The position numbers and the translations under genes were made by a program. Shown one piece after another: positions 7,257-15,616 of a stretch of 16,009 bases of DNA. The notes under the pieces are model-generated. The model was not told the DNA's origin. It saw only the letters and a program-made list of their open reading frames with translations, and ran no database searches. Position 1 is the stretch's first letter, and each line of letters starts with the position of its first letter. Location of the stretch: NCBI GenBank assembly GCA_038217285.1, contig JBBQPO010000139.1, forward strand, positions 1 through 16,009. Direction: 5' to 3'. The stretch comes from Chthonomonadales bacterium. GTDB lineage: Bacteria > Armatimonadota > Chthonomonadetes > Chthonomonadales > Chthonomonadaceae.

Positions 7257-8351
7257 GTGAGCCGATCCATTCGATATTTTATTTTGCTTCTGATGCTCTG
7301 CCTCTTCGTGTTTCCGGACGCTTCGGCCCAACGCCTTGCAGTCGTGGTGATGCGGGGAGGACAGGAACAGGACCCTAACATTGGCGACGTCCATTTTGAC
7401 CGGCCTTTCGGGATCGGGTTCGATGCCAAAGGGAACTACTACACGGTCGCGATGGAGGGCAACCAGGTCTGCAAGCATACGCCCGAGAACGCTCGCCACA
7501 AAATCATGCGGGTGGTCGCGGGGACGGGGGCGAAGGGGAACACCGGAGACAACAGTGACAGCCGCAAAGCCCTGCTCAACGGCCCGCATAACCTGCTCGT
7601 TCTGCCGTCCGGAGATCTTTATGTGGCGGATACGTGGAACAACCGGGTTCGCAAGATCGAGGCACGTACCGGGCGCATCACAGCGTTCGCGGGGACAGGG
7701 GAACACGGCTATAGCGGCGATGGTGGGCCTGCACTCCAGGCGACCTTCGGAGGGATCTACTGCCTTGCCTTCGACGCAACGCGGGAGAATCTCTATCTCG
7801 ACGACCTCGACAATCATCGGATTCGCAAAATCTTACTCCGGACAGGCGTTGTTTCGACCATCGCGGGGAACGGCAAGTCCGGAGTGCCGCAGGAGGGTGC
7901 GGACGCTCTCACCAGTCCTCTCCTCGATCCCCGCGCCATCGCCCTGGACAGCAGAGGCAACCTCTATATTTTAGAGCGCAGTGGCAACACCTTGCGAGTG
8001 GTAGATAGGAAGGGCCTGATCCGCACCGTCGTTGGAACGGGCAAGGCTGGCCCCTCGGCGGACGATGTTCCTGCACTGAAGGCCACTCTGCGTGGTCCGA
8101 AGCATCTCTGCATTGATCGTGACGACAATGTGCTCATCGCCGACACCGACAACCATGTCATCCGCAAATATCTTCCGCGCGAGGGCCGTATCGTCCGCAT
8201 CGCGGGCACAGGCATGGCCGGTAGTGCTGGCATCGATGGTCCAGCCCTGCAAGCACAGCTCAATCAGCCGCACGGCGTCACTGTGGACGCGAAGGGCATC
8301 GTCTATATTGCGGACAGTTGGAATGACCGCATCGTGAAGATCGTGCCCTGA
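7257..8351 (+). CDS. Secreted NHL-repeat beta-propeller protein
   Basis: Sec signal peptide (MSRSIRYFILLLMLCLFVFPDASA|Q) followed by about six repeats of AGTG..G..GD.G.A..A.L.GP..L.D..G.LY.AD..N.R.RK; GAGGAG upstream of GTG. Confidence 0.9.
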   Translation: MSRSIRYFILLLMLCLFVFPDASAQRLAVVVMRGGQEQDPNIGDVHFDRPFGIGFDAKGNYYTVAMEGNQVCKHTPENARHKIMRVVAGTGAKGNTGDNSDSRKALLNGPHNLLVLPSGDLYVADTWNNRVRKIEARTGRITAFAGTGEHGYSGDGGPALQATFGGIYCLAFDATRENLYLDDLDNHRIRKILLRTGVVSTIAGNGKSGVPQEGADALTSPLLDPRAIALDSRGNLYILERSGNTLRVVDRKGLIRTVVGTGKAGPSADDVPALKATLRGPKHLCIDRDDNVLIADTDNHVIRKYLPREGRIVRIAGTGMAGSAGIDGPALQAQLNQPHGVTVDAKGIVYIADSWNDRIVKIVP

Positions 8352-8404
8352 TAGCGTCCATGCAACGCCGCATACCATAGCGCCCTATTCGAAGGAGAAT
8401 TTTC

Positions 8405-9301
8405 GTGGAGAGAATCCCTGTTTTGCTGGATACCGACATCGGCTCCGACATCGACGATGCGGTCGCGCTCGCCTATCTGCTGCGCCAGCCCGCCTGCGAA
8501 CTGCTGGGCATCACCACTGTCAGCGGCGAACCGGAGCGGCGTGCCAGCCTTGCGGATGCTGTCTGTCAGGCAGGAGGCCGAACGGATGTGCCTGTTCATG
8601 TCGGGGTGGAGAACCCGCTGCTCATCACACAGCGCCAGCCTCGCGCCACGCAGGCCGAAGCTCTCTCCGCCGCTATGCCGCATCGGCTCTTTGGCCGCGA
8701 GAACACCGCCATCGCCTTTCTGCGCGACGCCATCCGCGCGCGACCGGGCGAAATCACCCTGCTGACGATAGGCCCGCTGACCAATATCGCGCTGCTCTTC
8801 GCCCTCGACCCCGAGCTTCCCAGCCTGCTCAAACAGTTGGTGATGATGGGCGGCCGTTTCCATACCCGCGCGCGCAATGGCGGTCTGGCCGAATGGAATA
8901 TACTGTGCGATCCCCATGCGGCTGCGATGGTTTTCGCGGCGCCTGTGCCGCGTCTGGTCGCGGTCGGCCTGGATGTGACCGAGCCGTGCCAGTTGCCCCG
9001 CGACGAGTGCCGCACCCGGTTCGCCGCCGCAGGGGGTCCGCTCGCGCCGGTCGCCGCTATGGCGGAGGTCTGGTTCCGGAGCGTCCCGCACAGCACGTTC
9101 CACGATCCGCTCGCCGCCGCCCTGATCTTCGAGCCCGCGCTCTGCGCGCTGGAGCCGTATCACATCGGGGTGGATCTGACCAGCCCCCACAACCCTGGCC
9201 TAACGCTGCCTCTGCCCGGCGATACGAAGCCGCATCAGGTCGCGGTGCGCGTCGATCCAGCCGCCTTCTTCGCGCACTATTTCGGTATCGTCGGGGCCTG
9301 A
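8405..9301 (+). CDS. Nucleoside hydrolase (IUNH family)
   Basis: Ca-binding DTDIGSDIDD motif, IGPLTNIA, AEWNILCDPHAA, GLDVT, FHDPLA; AAGGAG upstream of GTG. Confidence 0.93.
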   Translation: MERIPVLLDTDIGSDIDDAVALAYLLRQPACELLGITTVSGEPERRASLADAVCQAGGRTDVPVHVGVENPLLITQRQPRATQAEALSAAMPHRLFGRENTAIAFLRDAIRARPGEITLLTIGPLTNIALLFALDPELPSLLKQLVMMGGRFHTRARNGGLAEWNILCDPHAAAMVFAAPVPRLVAVGLDVTEPCQLPRDECRTRFAAAGGPLAPVAAMAEVWFRSVPHSTFHDPLAAALIFEPALCALEPYHIGVDLTSPHNPGLTLPLPGDTKPHQVAVRVDPAAFFAHYFGIVGA

Positions 9302-9326
9302 GTTTCCCGAATTGGAAAGGGTCGAT

Positions 9327-10496
9327 ATGTCCGTGACGTCCCGTTTTCGTCGCATTCTGCTCTGCCCGAATGCGTTCAAAGGCAGCCTTACGGCGCATGA
9401 GGCAGCCCGGGCGATGGCCGAAGGCGTGGCACGGGCCGGAGGGTACGAAACCATCTGCCTGCCCCTGGCAGACGGCGGCGACGGAACCCTGGAGACCCTG
9501 GTGCAAGCGACCGACGGCAGCCTGCACACCGCCTCCGTGCACGACCCGCTCGGCCGCCCCATCAACGCGACCTGGGGCAGGCTCGGCGGGGCACAGAGCG
9601 ATACCGCCGTCATCGAGATGGCGCAGGCGTCGGGCCTGCGCCTGCTCCGCGAGGAGGAGTACGCTCCGCTCCACGCCTCGACCTATGGGACAGGCGAGCT
9701 CATGCGGAGTGCGCTGGACGCGGGCTGCCGTACGCTTCTGGTCGGTATCGGGGGCAGCGCGACCAACGACGGCGGCGCGGGGATGGCACAGGCGCTCGGC
9801 TTTCGCCTGCTCGACGCCGAAGGCAAGGATCTCCCGCCCGGAGGTGCGGCGATCGCGCGCCTCGACCGCATCGCGATCGACGGCAGCCTTCTTCCACCCG
9901 GCCTGGAGGTGATCGTCGCGTGCGATGTGAACAACCCGCTCTGCGGGCCGGACGGCGCCGCCACCATCTACGGCCCCCAGAAAGGCGCGACACCAGCGCA
10001 GGTTCTGCAGATCGATGCCGCGCTCGCTCACTACGCCGCCGTCCTGTGCCGTACCTTTGGCCATAATGTCGCGGAAGCGCCCGGCGCGGGGGCGGCAGGT
10101 GGGCTTGGGGCGGGCCTGCTGGCCTTCTGCGCAGCTCGACTGCAGCCGGGAACCGACATGGTGCTGGATGTGACCGGTTTCGACACCAGGTTGAAGGAAT
10201 GTGATCTGGTGCTGACCGGGGAGGGCCGGATCGACGGCCAGACGACGCGGGGCAAAGTCGTTGCAGGAGTCGCGCGGCGGGCCAGGGCGGCAGGGGTTCC
10301 GGTCATCGCTCTGGCAGGAAGCATTGCGGAGGGAGCCGAGACCCAGTTACGACCGGCAGGGCTTACGGCGGCGCTCAGTATCGTGAATGGCCCCCTCCGC
10401 GTCGAGGAGGCCATGCAGGACGGTTACCGACTGCTACGGGATGCGGCAGAACGCACGATGCGACTGCTGGGAGCCGGAGACGCACCACTGGCCTGA
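9327..10496 (+). CDS. glxK: Glycerate kinase (GlxK/GarK family)
   Basis: PNAFKGSL, PLADGGDGT, IEMAQASGL, ASTYGTGEL, GIGGSATNDGGAG, DVNNPL.GP.GA..YGPQKGA, GAGAAGG, TGEGRIDGQT..GK. ATG 9327 preferred over TTG 9312. Confidence 0.96.
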   Translation: MSVTSRFRRILLCPNAFKGSLTAHEAARAMAEGVARAGGYETICLPLADGGDGTLETLVQATDGSLHTASVHDPLGRPINATWGRLGGAQSDTAVIEMAQASGLRLLREEEYAPLHASTYGTGELMRSALDAGCRTLLVGIGGSATNDGGAGMAQALGFRLLDAEGKDLPPGGAAIARLDRIAIDGSLLPPGLEVIVACDVNNPLCGPDGAATIYGPQKGATPAQVLQIDAALAHYAAVLCRTFGHNVAEAPGAGAAGGLGAGLLAFCAARLQPGTDMVLDVTGFDTRLKECDLVLTGEGRIDGQTTRGKVVAGVARRARAAGVPVIALAGSIAEGAETQLRPAGLTAALSIVNGPLRVEEAMQDGYRLLRDAAERTMRLLGAGDAPLA

Positions 10497-11059
10497 GCGG
10501 GCAGGGTCGTTTTCTGTTCTACCGCAGAATGCTTATTATGTCTGTTTCGCGCCGAGGCCAGGGAGGGCAGGATCAACATCAGCGCCCACAGACCCACCAG
10601 GGTCAGGGCGATCGCGCGCTGCCCGGTCCGGAGGCCCGTGCGCTTGCCCTGCTCGAACTCTGCCACCACCGCCGACCGGCGCAGCCAGAATACCGTCCAT
10701 GTCGCCAGCAACAGCATCGCGCCTATTCCGCCCGGCGAGGCGGCAAAGAAATTGAGCGTGGCATGCAGTCCGTTCGCGCCGGTGACGTCGGCCAGTCGGG
10801 CTCCTACCAGACAGACGACCAAGACTGTCACGCTCATTCCGAGCAGAGCCAGTCGCCCCCAGCGTTTACGCTCCAGCGTCGCCCACACCATTAACAGTAC
10901 CATCGGGCCGACCACCATAAACCGCAGCGAATGCGTCACCAAAAACCCGTGCAGCAACTGATACGACGCCAACATTCCCCAGACTACAGCAAAAAGCGTC
11001 GTTCCTTGATTCGCGACTGGTGGTGTGCCGCGCCGAGCAGGCAACATTCGTTCTGACAT
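10424..11059 (-). CDS. Hypothetical integral membrane protein (about 5 TM helices)
   Basis: 211 aa from ATG 11059; five hydrophobic segments with basic loops (LERKRWGR, WLRRSAV). The extension to 11362 in the ORF track looks non-coding. Confidence 0.7.
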   Translation of the reverse strand: MSERMLPARRGTPPVANQGTTLFAVVWGMLASYQLLHGFLVTHSLRFMVVGPMVLLMVWATLERKRWGRLALLGMSVTVLVVCLVGARLADVTGANGLHATLNFFAASPGGIGAMLLLATWTVFWLRRSAVVAEFEQGKRTGLRTGQRAIALTLVGLWALMLILPSLASARNRHNKHSAVEQKTTLPAQASGASPAPSSRIVRSAASRSSR

Positions 11060-11284
11060 CTCTGAATAAAGTCTCCGCTCTTCCTGGATCGTGGTCCCTG
11101 GACTAACTTTTTGACTCTCCGCCCTCCACGGTAAAAGGGGAAGGGGACGACAACGGCCCGTATATGACAGCGACAGAAGAGTTATTTGAGATCGTAGATG
11201 GTAGACTGCAGGCAGTGCAGCAGAATCAGGGAGAGAAGCGTTACCGCCGATACGAAGCGCTCGGCTCACCGGTACGAGCAGGGC

Positions 11285-11309
11285 GGAACGGCAGTGGAAT
11301 AGATCCGTT
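11285..11309 (+). promoter_or_regulatory. Candidate ECF-sigma-type promoter with no obvious downstream gene (GGAAC-N16-CGTT)
   Basis: GGAAC 11285-11289, 16-nt spacer, CGTT 11306-11309 in the 395-bp intergenic gap. Confidence 0.35.
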
Positions 11310-11386
11310 GAAACAGTGAGTAGACAGCAGAGGCTAACAGTAGCAGTGGTTTCCAGCGACATCGCTTCGGAAACCTGTCGAACAGT

Positions 11387-11392
11387 ATTATA
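11387..11392 (-). promoter_or_regulatory. Perfect sigma70 -10 hexamer (TATAAT), possible promoter of the membrane protein gene
   Basis: Plus strand ATTATA 11387-11392, just downstream of the terminator; no recognisable -35. Confidence 0.35.
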
Positions 11393-11404
11393 CCCTACAA
11401 TGCG

Positions 11405-11456
11405 AAAAGACCGAGAAGGACGAAACGAACAGCCTTTCTTCCTTCTCGACGGTCTT
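11405..11456 (-). terminator. Intrinsic terminator-like hairpin after the ytxH / DUF948-like pair
   Basis: Minus strand AAGACC-gtc-GAGAAGGA...TCCTTCTC-GGTCTT ending in a TTTT run, beginning at the stop codon of 11455-11802. Confidence 0.6.
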
Positions 11457-11802
11457 AAAATACTTTGCGGACGAAGTTCATCACGCGCGCCGCTACCAGC
11501 ACTCCCGTAAGGGCAGCGCCGACGCCCCGCGCCTTGCTCGTCACCTGGAACCCGGTGCTATTGGCATTACCGAGCAGGTTCTGGGTATGGACATGGACGA
11601 TGTTGGCGGTGTTCGACGCTTTCATAGCCACGCCCTTGGCCTGATTGCTCACCCGTTTCACCTGGGTACGGGCTTCCGTCAACACAGGCATCACCTTCTG
11701 ATAAAGCTTGAACATTCCTACCACCAGCACCACCGACCAGACGATGCTGATGACAAAGTAGAGAAACGATGCCAATATCCACCAGCTCGGTACCTCTTGC
11801 AT
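11455..11802 (-). CDS. Membrane-anchored coiled-coil protein, DUF948/YoxC/YtxG-like
   Basis: 115 aa from ATG 11802 (AAGGAG upstream); N-terminal TM helix, then an amphipathic helical region; directly downstream of a YtxH gene, a common pairing. Confidence 0.7.
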   Translation of the reverse strand: MQEVPSWWILASFLYFVISIVWSVVLVVGMFKLYQKVMPVLTEARTQVKRVSNQAKGVAMKASNTANIVHVHTQNLLGNANSTGFQVTSKARGVGAALTGVLVAARVMNFVRKVF

Positions 11803-11862
11803 GAACCTCTCCTTCTCTTTCACGCTCCGGCCGGTCCAGCCCGGAAGCGACCCTCACAAACG

Positions 11863-11898
11863 ACAGCGCGCCAGGAAAAGCCTCTCCCGACGCGCCGC
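11863..11898 (-). terminator. Strong intercistronic hairpin (weak terminator or mRNA-stabilising stem)
   Basis: Minus strand GCGGCGCGUCGGGAGA-GGCU-UUUCCUGGCGCGCUGU: 16-bp stem that needs G-U pairs, so it folds only on the minus strand; followed by CGUUUGU. Confidence 0.55.
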
Positions 11899-11936
11899 GT
11901 AAATGTCAATTCGAACGGAATGCGTTCGCAGCCACC

Positions 11937-12245
11937 CTAGTTGACTTTGTTCACACCCGCATGCGCCGTGTCGGCAATGCTATCGATGGCATCGTTCGCC
12001 TTCGACTGGCCCCGATTGATGACGCTCTGGGCCTGATCGGCGACCTGTCCCCACTTGTCTTTGGCGGTTGCCGCGACATTGGAGGCCACATCGGACGCCT
12101 TATCGCGATATTCGCTGGTCTTGTCACCGATCAAGCGGCGCGTCGATTCGCCATCCTGGGGCGCGTAGAGCAGCGCCACGGCCGCACCCGTCGCCGCACC
12201 CAGCAGGAAAAATACCAGGTTACTTCCGAAGTTATCTTTGTTCAT
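11937..12245 (-). CDS. ytxH: YtxH-domain general stress protein
   Basis: FFLLGAATGAAVALLYAPQDGESTRRLI is the YtxH signature, followed by a LEA-like helical tail; GAGGAG upstream. Confidence 0.93.
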   Translation of the reverse strand: MNKDNFGSNLVFFLLGAATGAAVALLYAPQDGESTRRLIGDKTSEYRDKASDVASNVAATAKDKWGQVADQAQSVINRGQSKANDAIDSIADTAHAGVNKVN

Positions 12246-12331
12246 TGCTTTCGCTCCTCATCCGAATCTTTGGTCTGGCGATAAACCTTAGGAAATCTGT
12301 CTGCTCGCCATATCGCCCAGTCTTTCGTATT

Positions 12332-12357
12332 GACGCACAGGCGAGCGAGTTTGTTCC
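12332..12357 (-). promoter_or_regulatory. Candidate ECF-sigma-type promoter for ytxH (GGAAC-N17-CGTC)
   Basis: Minus strand GGAAC (12357-12353), 17-nt spacer, CGTC (12335-12332), about 87 nt upstream of the ytxH start; fits a general-stress gene. Confidence 0.55.
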
Positions 12358-12372
12358 GAGAAGAGTCGCTTT

Positions 12373-14340
12373 CTAGCGTAATCGATTCACGATGGCATCG
12401 ACGTCGTAGACGCAGCCTCCCCAGGTTCCGCCACCGACCGCTTGCAGCGCCGCCCAGAGGCGCGTATCGTCCGGCAGGTCGGGGTCCGCCGTAAGGTCGG
12501 GGCGGCTCTGCCGCTGCTCCAGCACCCGTTTGCCCTCTTCTGCCCCGAACAGATTCTCGCCTGCCCCGATGAGGTTCACGCTGCCTTCGAGACGGTTGCG
12601 GTCGATGACGATCTCCAGCAGGTCGTCGTCGAGCACCTTGCCGATAGGCCCGCCCGCCAGAGCCTCCGGGCCGATATGCCCGATGCAGGCTCCGGTCGAA
12701 ACCCCAGAGAAGCGCGCATCCGTCAGCACGGCGACCGTCTTGCCCCACGGCAGGAACTTCAGCGCGGAGGTGATCTGATAGATCTCCTCCATCCCCGCAC
12801 CGATCGGTCCCCGGCAGATCAACACCAGCACGTCGCCCGGCCGGATGCGCGTCCCGGTTTCAGCGGTATCTCCGGCCTGCTCCGCCGCGTCGTTATGGGC
12901 CGCTTTGATCGCCGTGATGGCCGCTCGCTCGCTTGTAAAGACCCGCGCCCGGCCCCGCTTGCGATAGACGCCGTCGGCGTCCACGACCGCCGGATCGATT
13001 GAGGTGCTTTTAATGACCGCGCCGTCCGGGCAGAGATTGCCGACCGGAAAAGTCACCGTCGAGGTCAGGCCGCGCTCCTTCGCCCGCGTCGGGGTCAGGA
13101 TCACGTCGTCAGGGTCCACGCCGTCCTGCTCGCGCAACCGTTCGCGCAGCCGTTCGCGCCGCTCGGAGCGCTCCCACTCCTCCAGATTCTCTCCCAGCGT
13201 CTTGCCCGTCACCGTCAGGCAGTCGAGCGCCAGCAAGCCGCGCTCGCGCAGATGCAGCATCACCTCCGGCACTCCTCCCGCCAGAAACAGGCGCACGGTC
13301 GGGTGGTCGGTCGGGCCATTCGGCAGCACATCGACCAGTCGCGGCACCGCCAGGTTGATGCGATGCCAGTCCTCCACGGTCGGGCGGCGCAGTCCGGCGG
13401 CATGGGCGATGGCCGGGATATGGAGCAGCAGATTGGTCGAGCCACCGCAAGCAGCATGGACCATCATAGCGTTGCGCACCGCCGCGTCCGTCAGGATGTC
13501 ACGAGTCTTGAGGCCACGGGTATCCAGCGCCATCAGGGCGACCGCCGAGCGCCGCGCGGCATCGAGCCAGATCGGCTGCCCGGAGGGAGCCAGGGCGGAG
13601 TGCGGCAACGACAGCCCCAGCGCCTCGCCCACCACCTGGGCCGTGGCCGCCGTCCCGAAGAACTGGCAGCCGCCGCCGGGCGTGGCACAGGCGCGACAGC
13701 CCAGTTCCGCCGCCTCTTTCAGGGTGATCTGCCCATGCGCGAACCGTGCCCCAACGCTCTGAATCTTGCCCGCGTCCTCGCCTCCCTCGGCAGGCAACGT
13801 CACCCCGCCGGGCACGAGCACGCTCGGCAGAAACGGCACTCCCGCCAGGGCGATCAGCATGGCCGGAAGCCCTTTGTCGCAGGTCGCCACGCCCAGCACG
13901 CCGCGCCGGTTCGGCAGCGAGCGAATCAACCGTCGGAAGACGATGGCAGCGTCGTTGCGGTAAGGCAGACTGTCCATCATGCCGGTGGTCCCCTGCGAGC
14001 GTCCGTCACAGGGGTCGGAGACGTAGCCCGCGAACGGCAGCCCACCCTGCGCGGCGATCTCGACCGCTGCCGCGTGCGTCAGCAGCCCAACCTCCCAGTG
14101 GCCGGTATGGTAGCCCAATGCGACGGGTTTGCCATCCGCATCCCGAATACCGCCCTGTGTGCTCAGGAGCAGGAACTCCTTTCGATTCAACTCTTTCGGG
14201 TTCCAGCCCATCCCCGCGTTCTGGGAGAGCGCGAACACATCGCCGCTTGGCCGGGAGATCAGCATCTCCGGCGTCAGCGGCAGCTCGCCCAGCGGCCCCT
14301 TCGCCTTCGTCTGCACCTCGTAAATGTCTGTCTGCGTCAT
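12373..14340 (-). CDS. yjhG: YjhG/YagF family D-xylonate dehydratase (IlvD/Edd superfamily)
   Basis: 655 aa; family motifs [87 protein letters not shown]...[10 protein letters not shown]. Confidence 0.96.
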   Translation of the reverse strand: MTQTDIYEVQTKAKGPLGELPLTPEMLISRPSGDVFALSQNAGMGWNPKELNRKEFLLLSTQGGIRDADGKPVALGYHTGHWEVGLLTHAAAVEIAAQGGLPFAGYVSDPCDGRSQGTTGMMDSLPYRNDAAIVFRRLIRSLPNRRGVLGVATCDKGLPAMLIALAGVPFLPSVLVPGGVTLPAEGGEDAGKIQSVGARFAHGQITLKEAAELGCRACATPGGGCQFFGTAATAQVVGEALGLSLPHSALAPSGQPIWLDAARRSAVALMALDTRGLKTRDILTDAAVRNAMMVHAACGGSTNLLLHIPAIAHAAGLRRPTVEDWHRINLAVPRLVDVLPNGPTDHPTVRLFLAGGVPEVMLHLRERGLLALDCLTVTGKTLGENLEEWERSERRERLRERLREQDGVDPDDVILTPTRAKERGLTSTVTFPVGNLCPDGAVIKSTSIDPAVVDADGVYRKRGRARVFTSERAAITAIKAAHNDAAEQAGDTAETGTRIRPGDVLVLICRGPIGAGMEEIYQITSALKFLPWGKTVAVLTDARFSGVSTGACIGHIGPEALAGGPIGKVLDDDLLEIVIDRNRLEGSVNLIGAGENLFGAEEGKRVLEQRQSRPDLTADPDLPDDTRLWAALQAVGGGTWGGCVYDVDAIVNRLR

Positions 14341-15482
14341 TTGAGAAAAGTTCCTATCATGGCGGCGGCGACCTCATCGCATGCGACATCCGCGCCGCCT
14401 CCGGCCTGATTGGTCGCGACGACGACTGCGAAGTCCCGCAGAGGTGCCAACCATACCACCGCATAGTTCATGCTGTTGCTGCCGCTGTGCGTGAGCACGG
14501 TCCCTCCGCCCCACGGCCGCTGGGCCATGATCCAGCCAAAGGCGTACTCCCCTCCAAACTGCGGCTTATGCAGATACCTGTAGGTCTCCCCGGTGAGCAG
14601 CGAACTGCCGCCGTTCTCTCCGCGCGCATGGGCCGCCGCATATTTCAGCCAGTCCGTCACCGAGCAGTGAACTGTGCCTGCCGGGCCGATCACCTCCGGA
14701 TTGTCGCTGTATTTGCCTGGCCCGATGGGGACACGCTTCGCGCCCTCCATCCGGTGCTGCCAGGGCTGATTGATCGTACCCGGCGCGCCCATCGCCTGAA
14801 ATCCTGCCGACTTCATGCCGAGCGGTTTGAACAGCTTCCGCGTGATGAGGGCTTCCCACTCCTCGTTCGCCACGCGTTCCGCCACAATGCCCAGCAGCGC
14901 GAAATTGCGGTTAGAGTAGAGGTATTTCGTGCCCAACTCCGCGACCGGCTCTTCTTTCAGGATATGCTCGGCATAGACCTGCCTCTGGGCCCGGAAGCTA
15001 CCGGTCAGGTCGTGCAGCTCTTTGAAGCCCAGATCTTTCGGGCAGCTTTCGGCGGTGATCCCGCTATGCTGGCAGGCCAGATGCGCCAGCGTCACTTTCC
15101 GCAGTCCAGCGGCCATCGTGCTGTGCATCTCAGGAAAGTAGGTGGTAAGAGGCGCTTTCCAGTCCAGCTTATGCTCTTCTACCAGCATTGCGGCCAGCGT
15201 TGCCGTCATCGATTTGGTGTCCGAGCCGAGATGAAACTGATCGTCGATCAGCGCAGGAGTCGGGTCGCCGTATTTACGGACGCCTGTCACCCCCGACGCA
15301 ACCGTGCGGCCCCGGTGATAGACCGCTGCCGCCAGCGCGGGCAGATCGAATTTGGCGCGGATCGGTGCCAGCAGTCGCCTCACATCCTGCACCTCCTCCT
15401 CCGCCTCCGCGTTCCTCCCTGCCGCTATCGCCACGCCTCCCACACACAATCTCCTCACAAACTCGCGTCTCTCCTGTTGCAT
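14337..15482 (-). CDS. Tat-exported serine hydrolase, beta-lactamase-like (class C / PBP fold) family
   Basis: FHLGSDTKS (SxxK), YLYSN, LTHSGS motifs; N-terminal ERREFV twin-arginine motif and A-E-A cleavage site; GGAGG 7 nt before ATG 15482; stop overlaps the dehydratase start (ATGA). Confidence 0.92.
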   Translation of the reverse strand: MQQERREFVRRLCVGGVAIAAGRNAEAEEEVQDVRRLLAPIRAKFDLPALAAAVYHRGRTVASGVTGVRKYGDPTPALIDDQFHLGSDTKSMTATLAAMLVEEHKLDWKAPLTTYFPEMHSTMAAGLRKVTLAHLACQHSGITAESCPKDLGFKELHDLTGSFRAQRQVYAEHILKEEPVAELGTKYLYSNRNFALLGIVAERVANEEWEALITRKLFKPLGMKSAGFQAMGAPGTINQPWQHRMEGAKRVPIGPGKYSDNPEVIGPAGTVHCSVTDWLKYAAAHARGENGGSSLLTGETYRYLHKPQFGGEYAFGWIMAQRPWGGGTVLTHSGSNSMNYAVVWLAPLRDFAVVVATNQAGGGADVACDEVAAAMIGTFLK

Positions 15483-15542
15483 CTGCACTCCTCCCTGCTC
15501 CGCAATACACCAGACCCTCCCCTAAATCCTTTGTCTGAACTG

Positions 15543-15562
15543 GGAGAAGGTAGGAGAAGGTA
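15543..15562. repeat. Perfect 10-bp tandem direct repeat (GGAGAAGGTA x2), possible operator
   Basis: Directly visible, 61 nt upstream of the serine hydrolase start; a degenerate third unit AGGAATGGAA follows at 15564-15573. Confidence 0.55.
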
Positions 15563-15616
15563 AAGGAATGGAACAGCAGTCTGGCGAACTGAATGTCACT
15601 TTGCAATTGATTATGG

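Noticed and set aside
11060-11362. 101-aa N-terminal extension of the membrane protein ORF
   Set aside because: No RBS at 11362 and non-protein-like composition; treated as leader/intergenic sequence.
12845-12903. Low-complexity insert [18 protein letters not shown] in the xylonate dehydratase
   Set aside because: Looks like a surface-loop expansion; far too short for an intein and lacks splice motifs.
14337-15482. Antibiotic-resistance beta-lactamase call
   Set aside because: Only family-wide SxxK/YxN motifs; HSG instead of KTG and a catabolic context argue against an AmpC assignment.
13746-15563. 605-aa plus-strand ORF and other long antisense ORFs (1637-2887, 4225-5169, 5946-7118, 9057-10064, 13252-14409)
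   Set aside because: Shadow frames of well-supported genes in GC-rich DNA; Arg/Pro/Ala-rich with no motifs.
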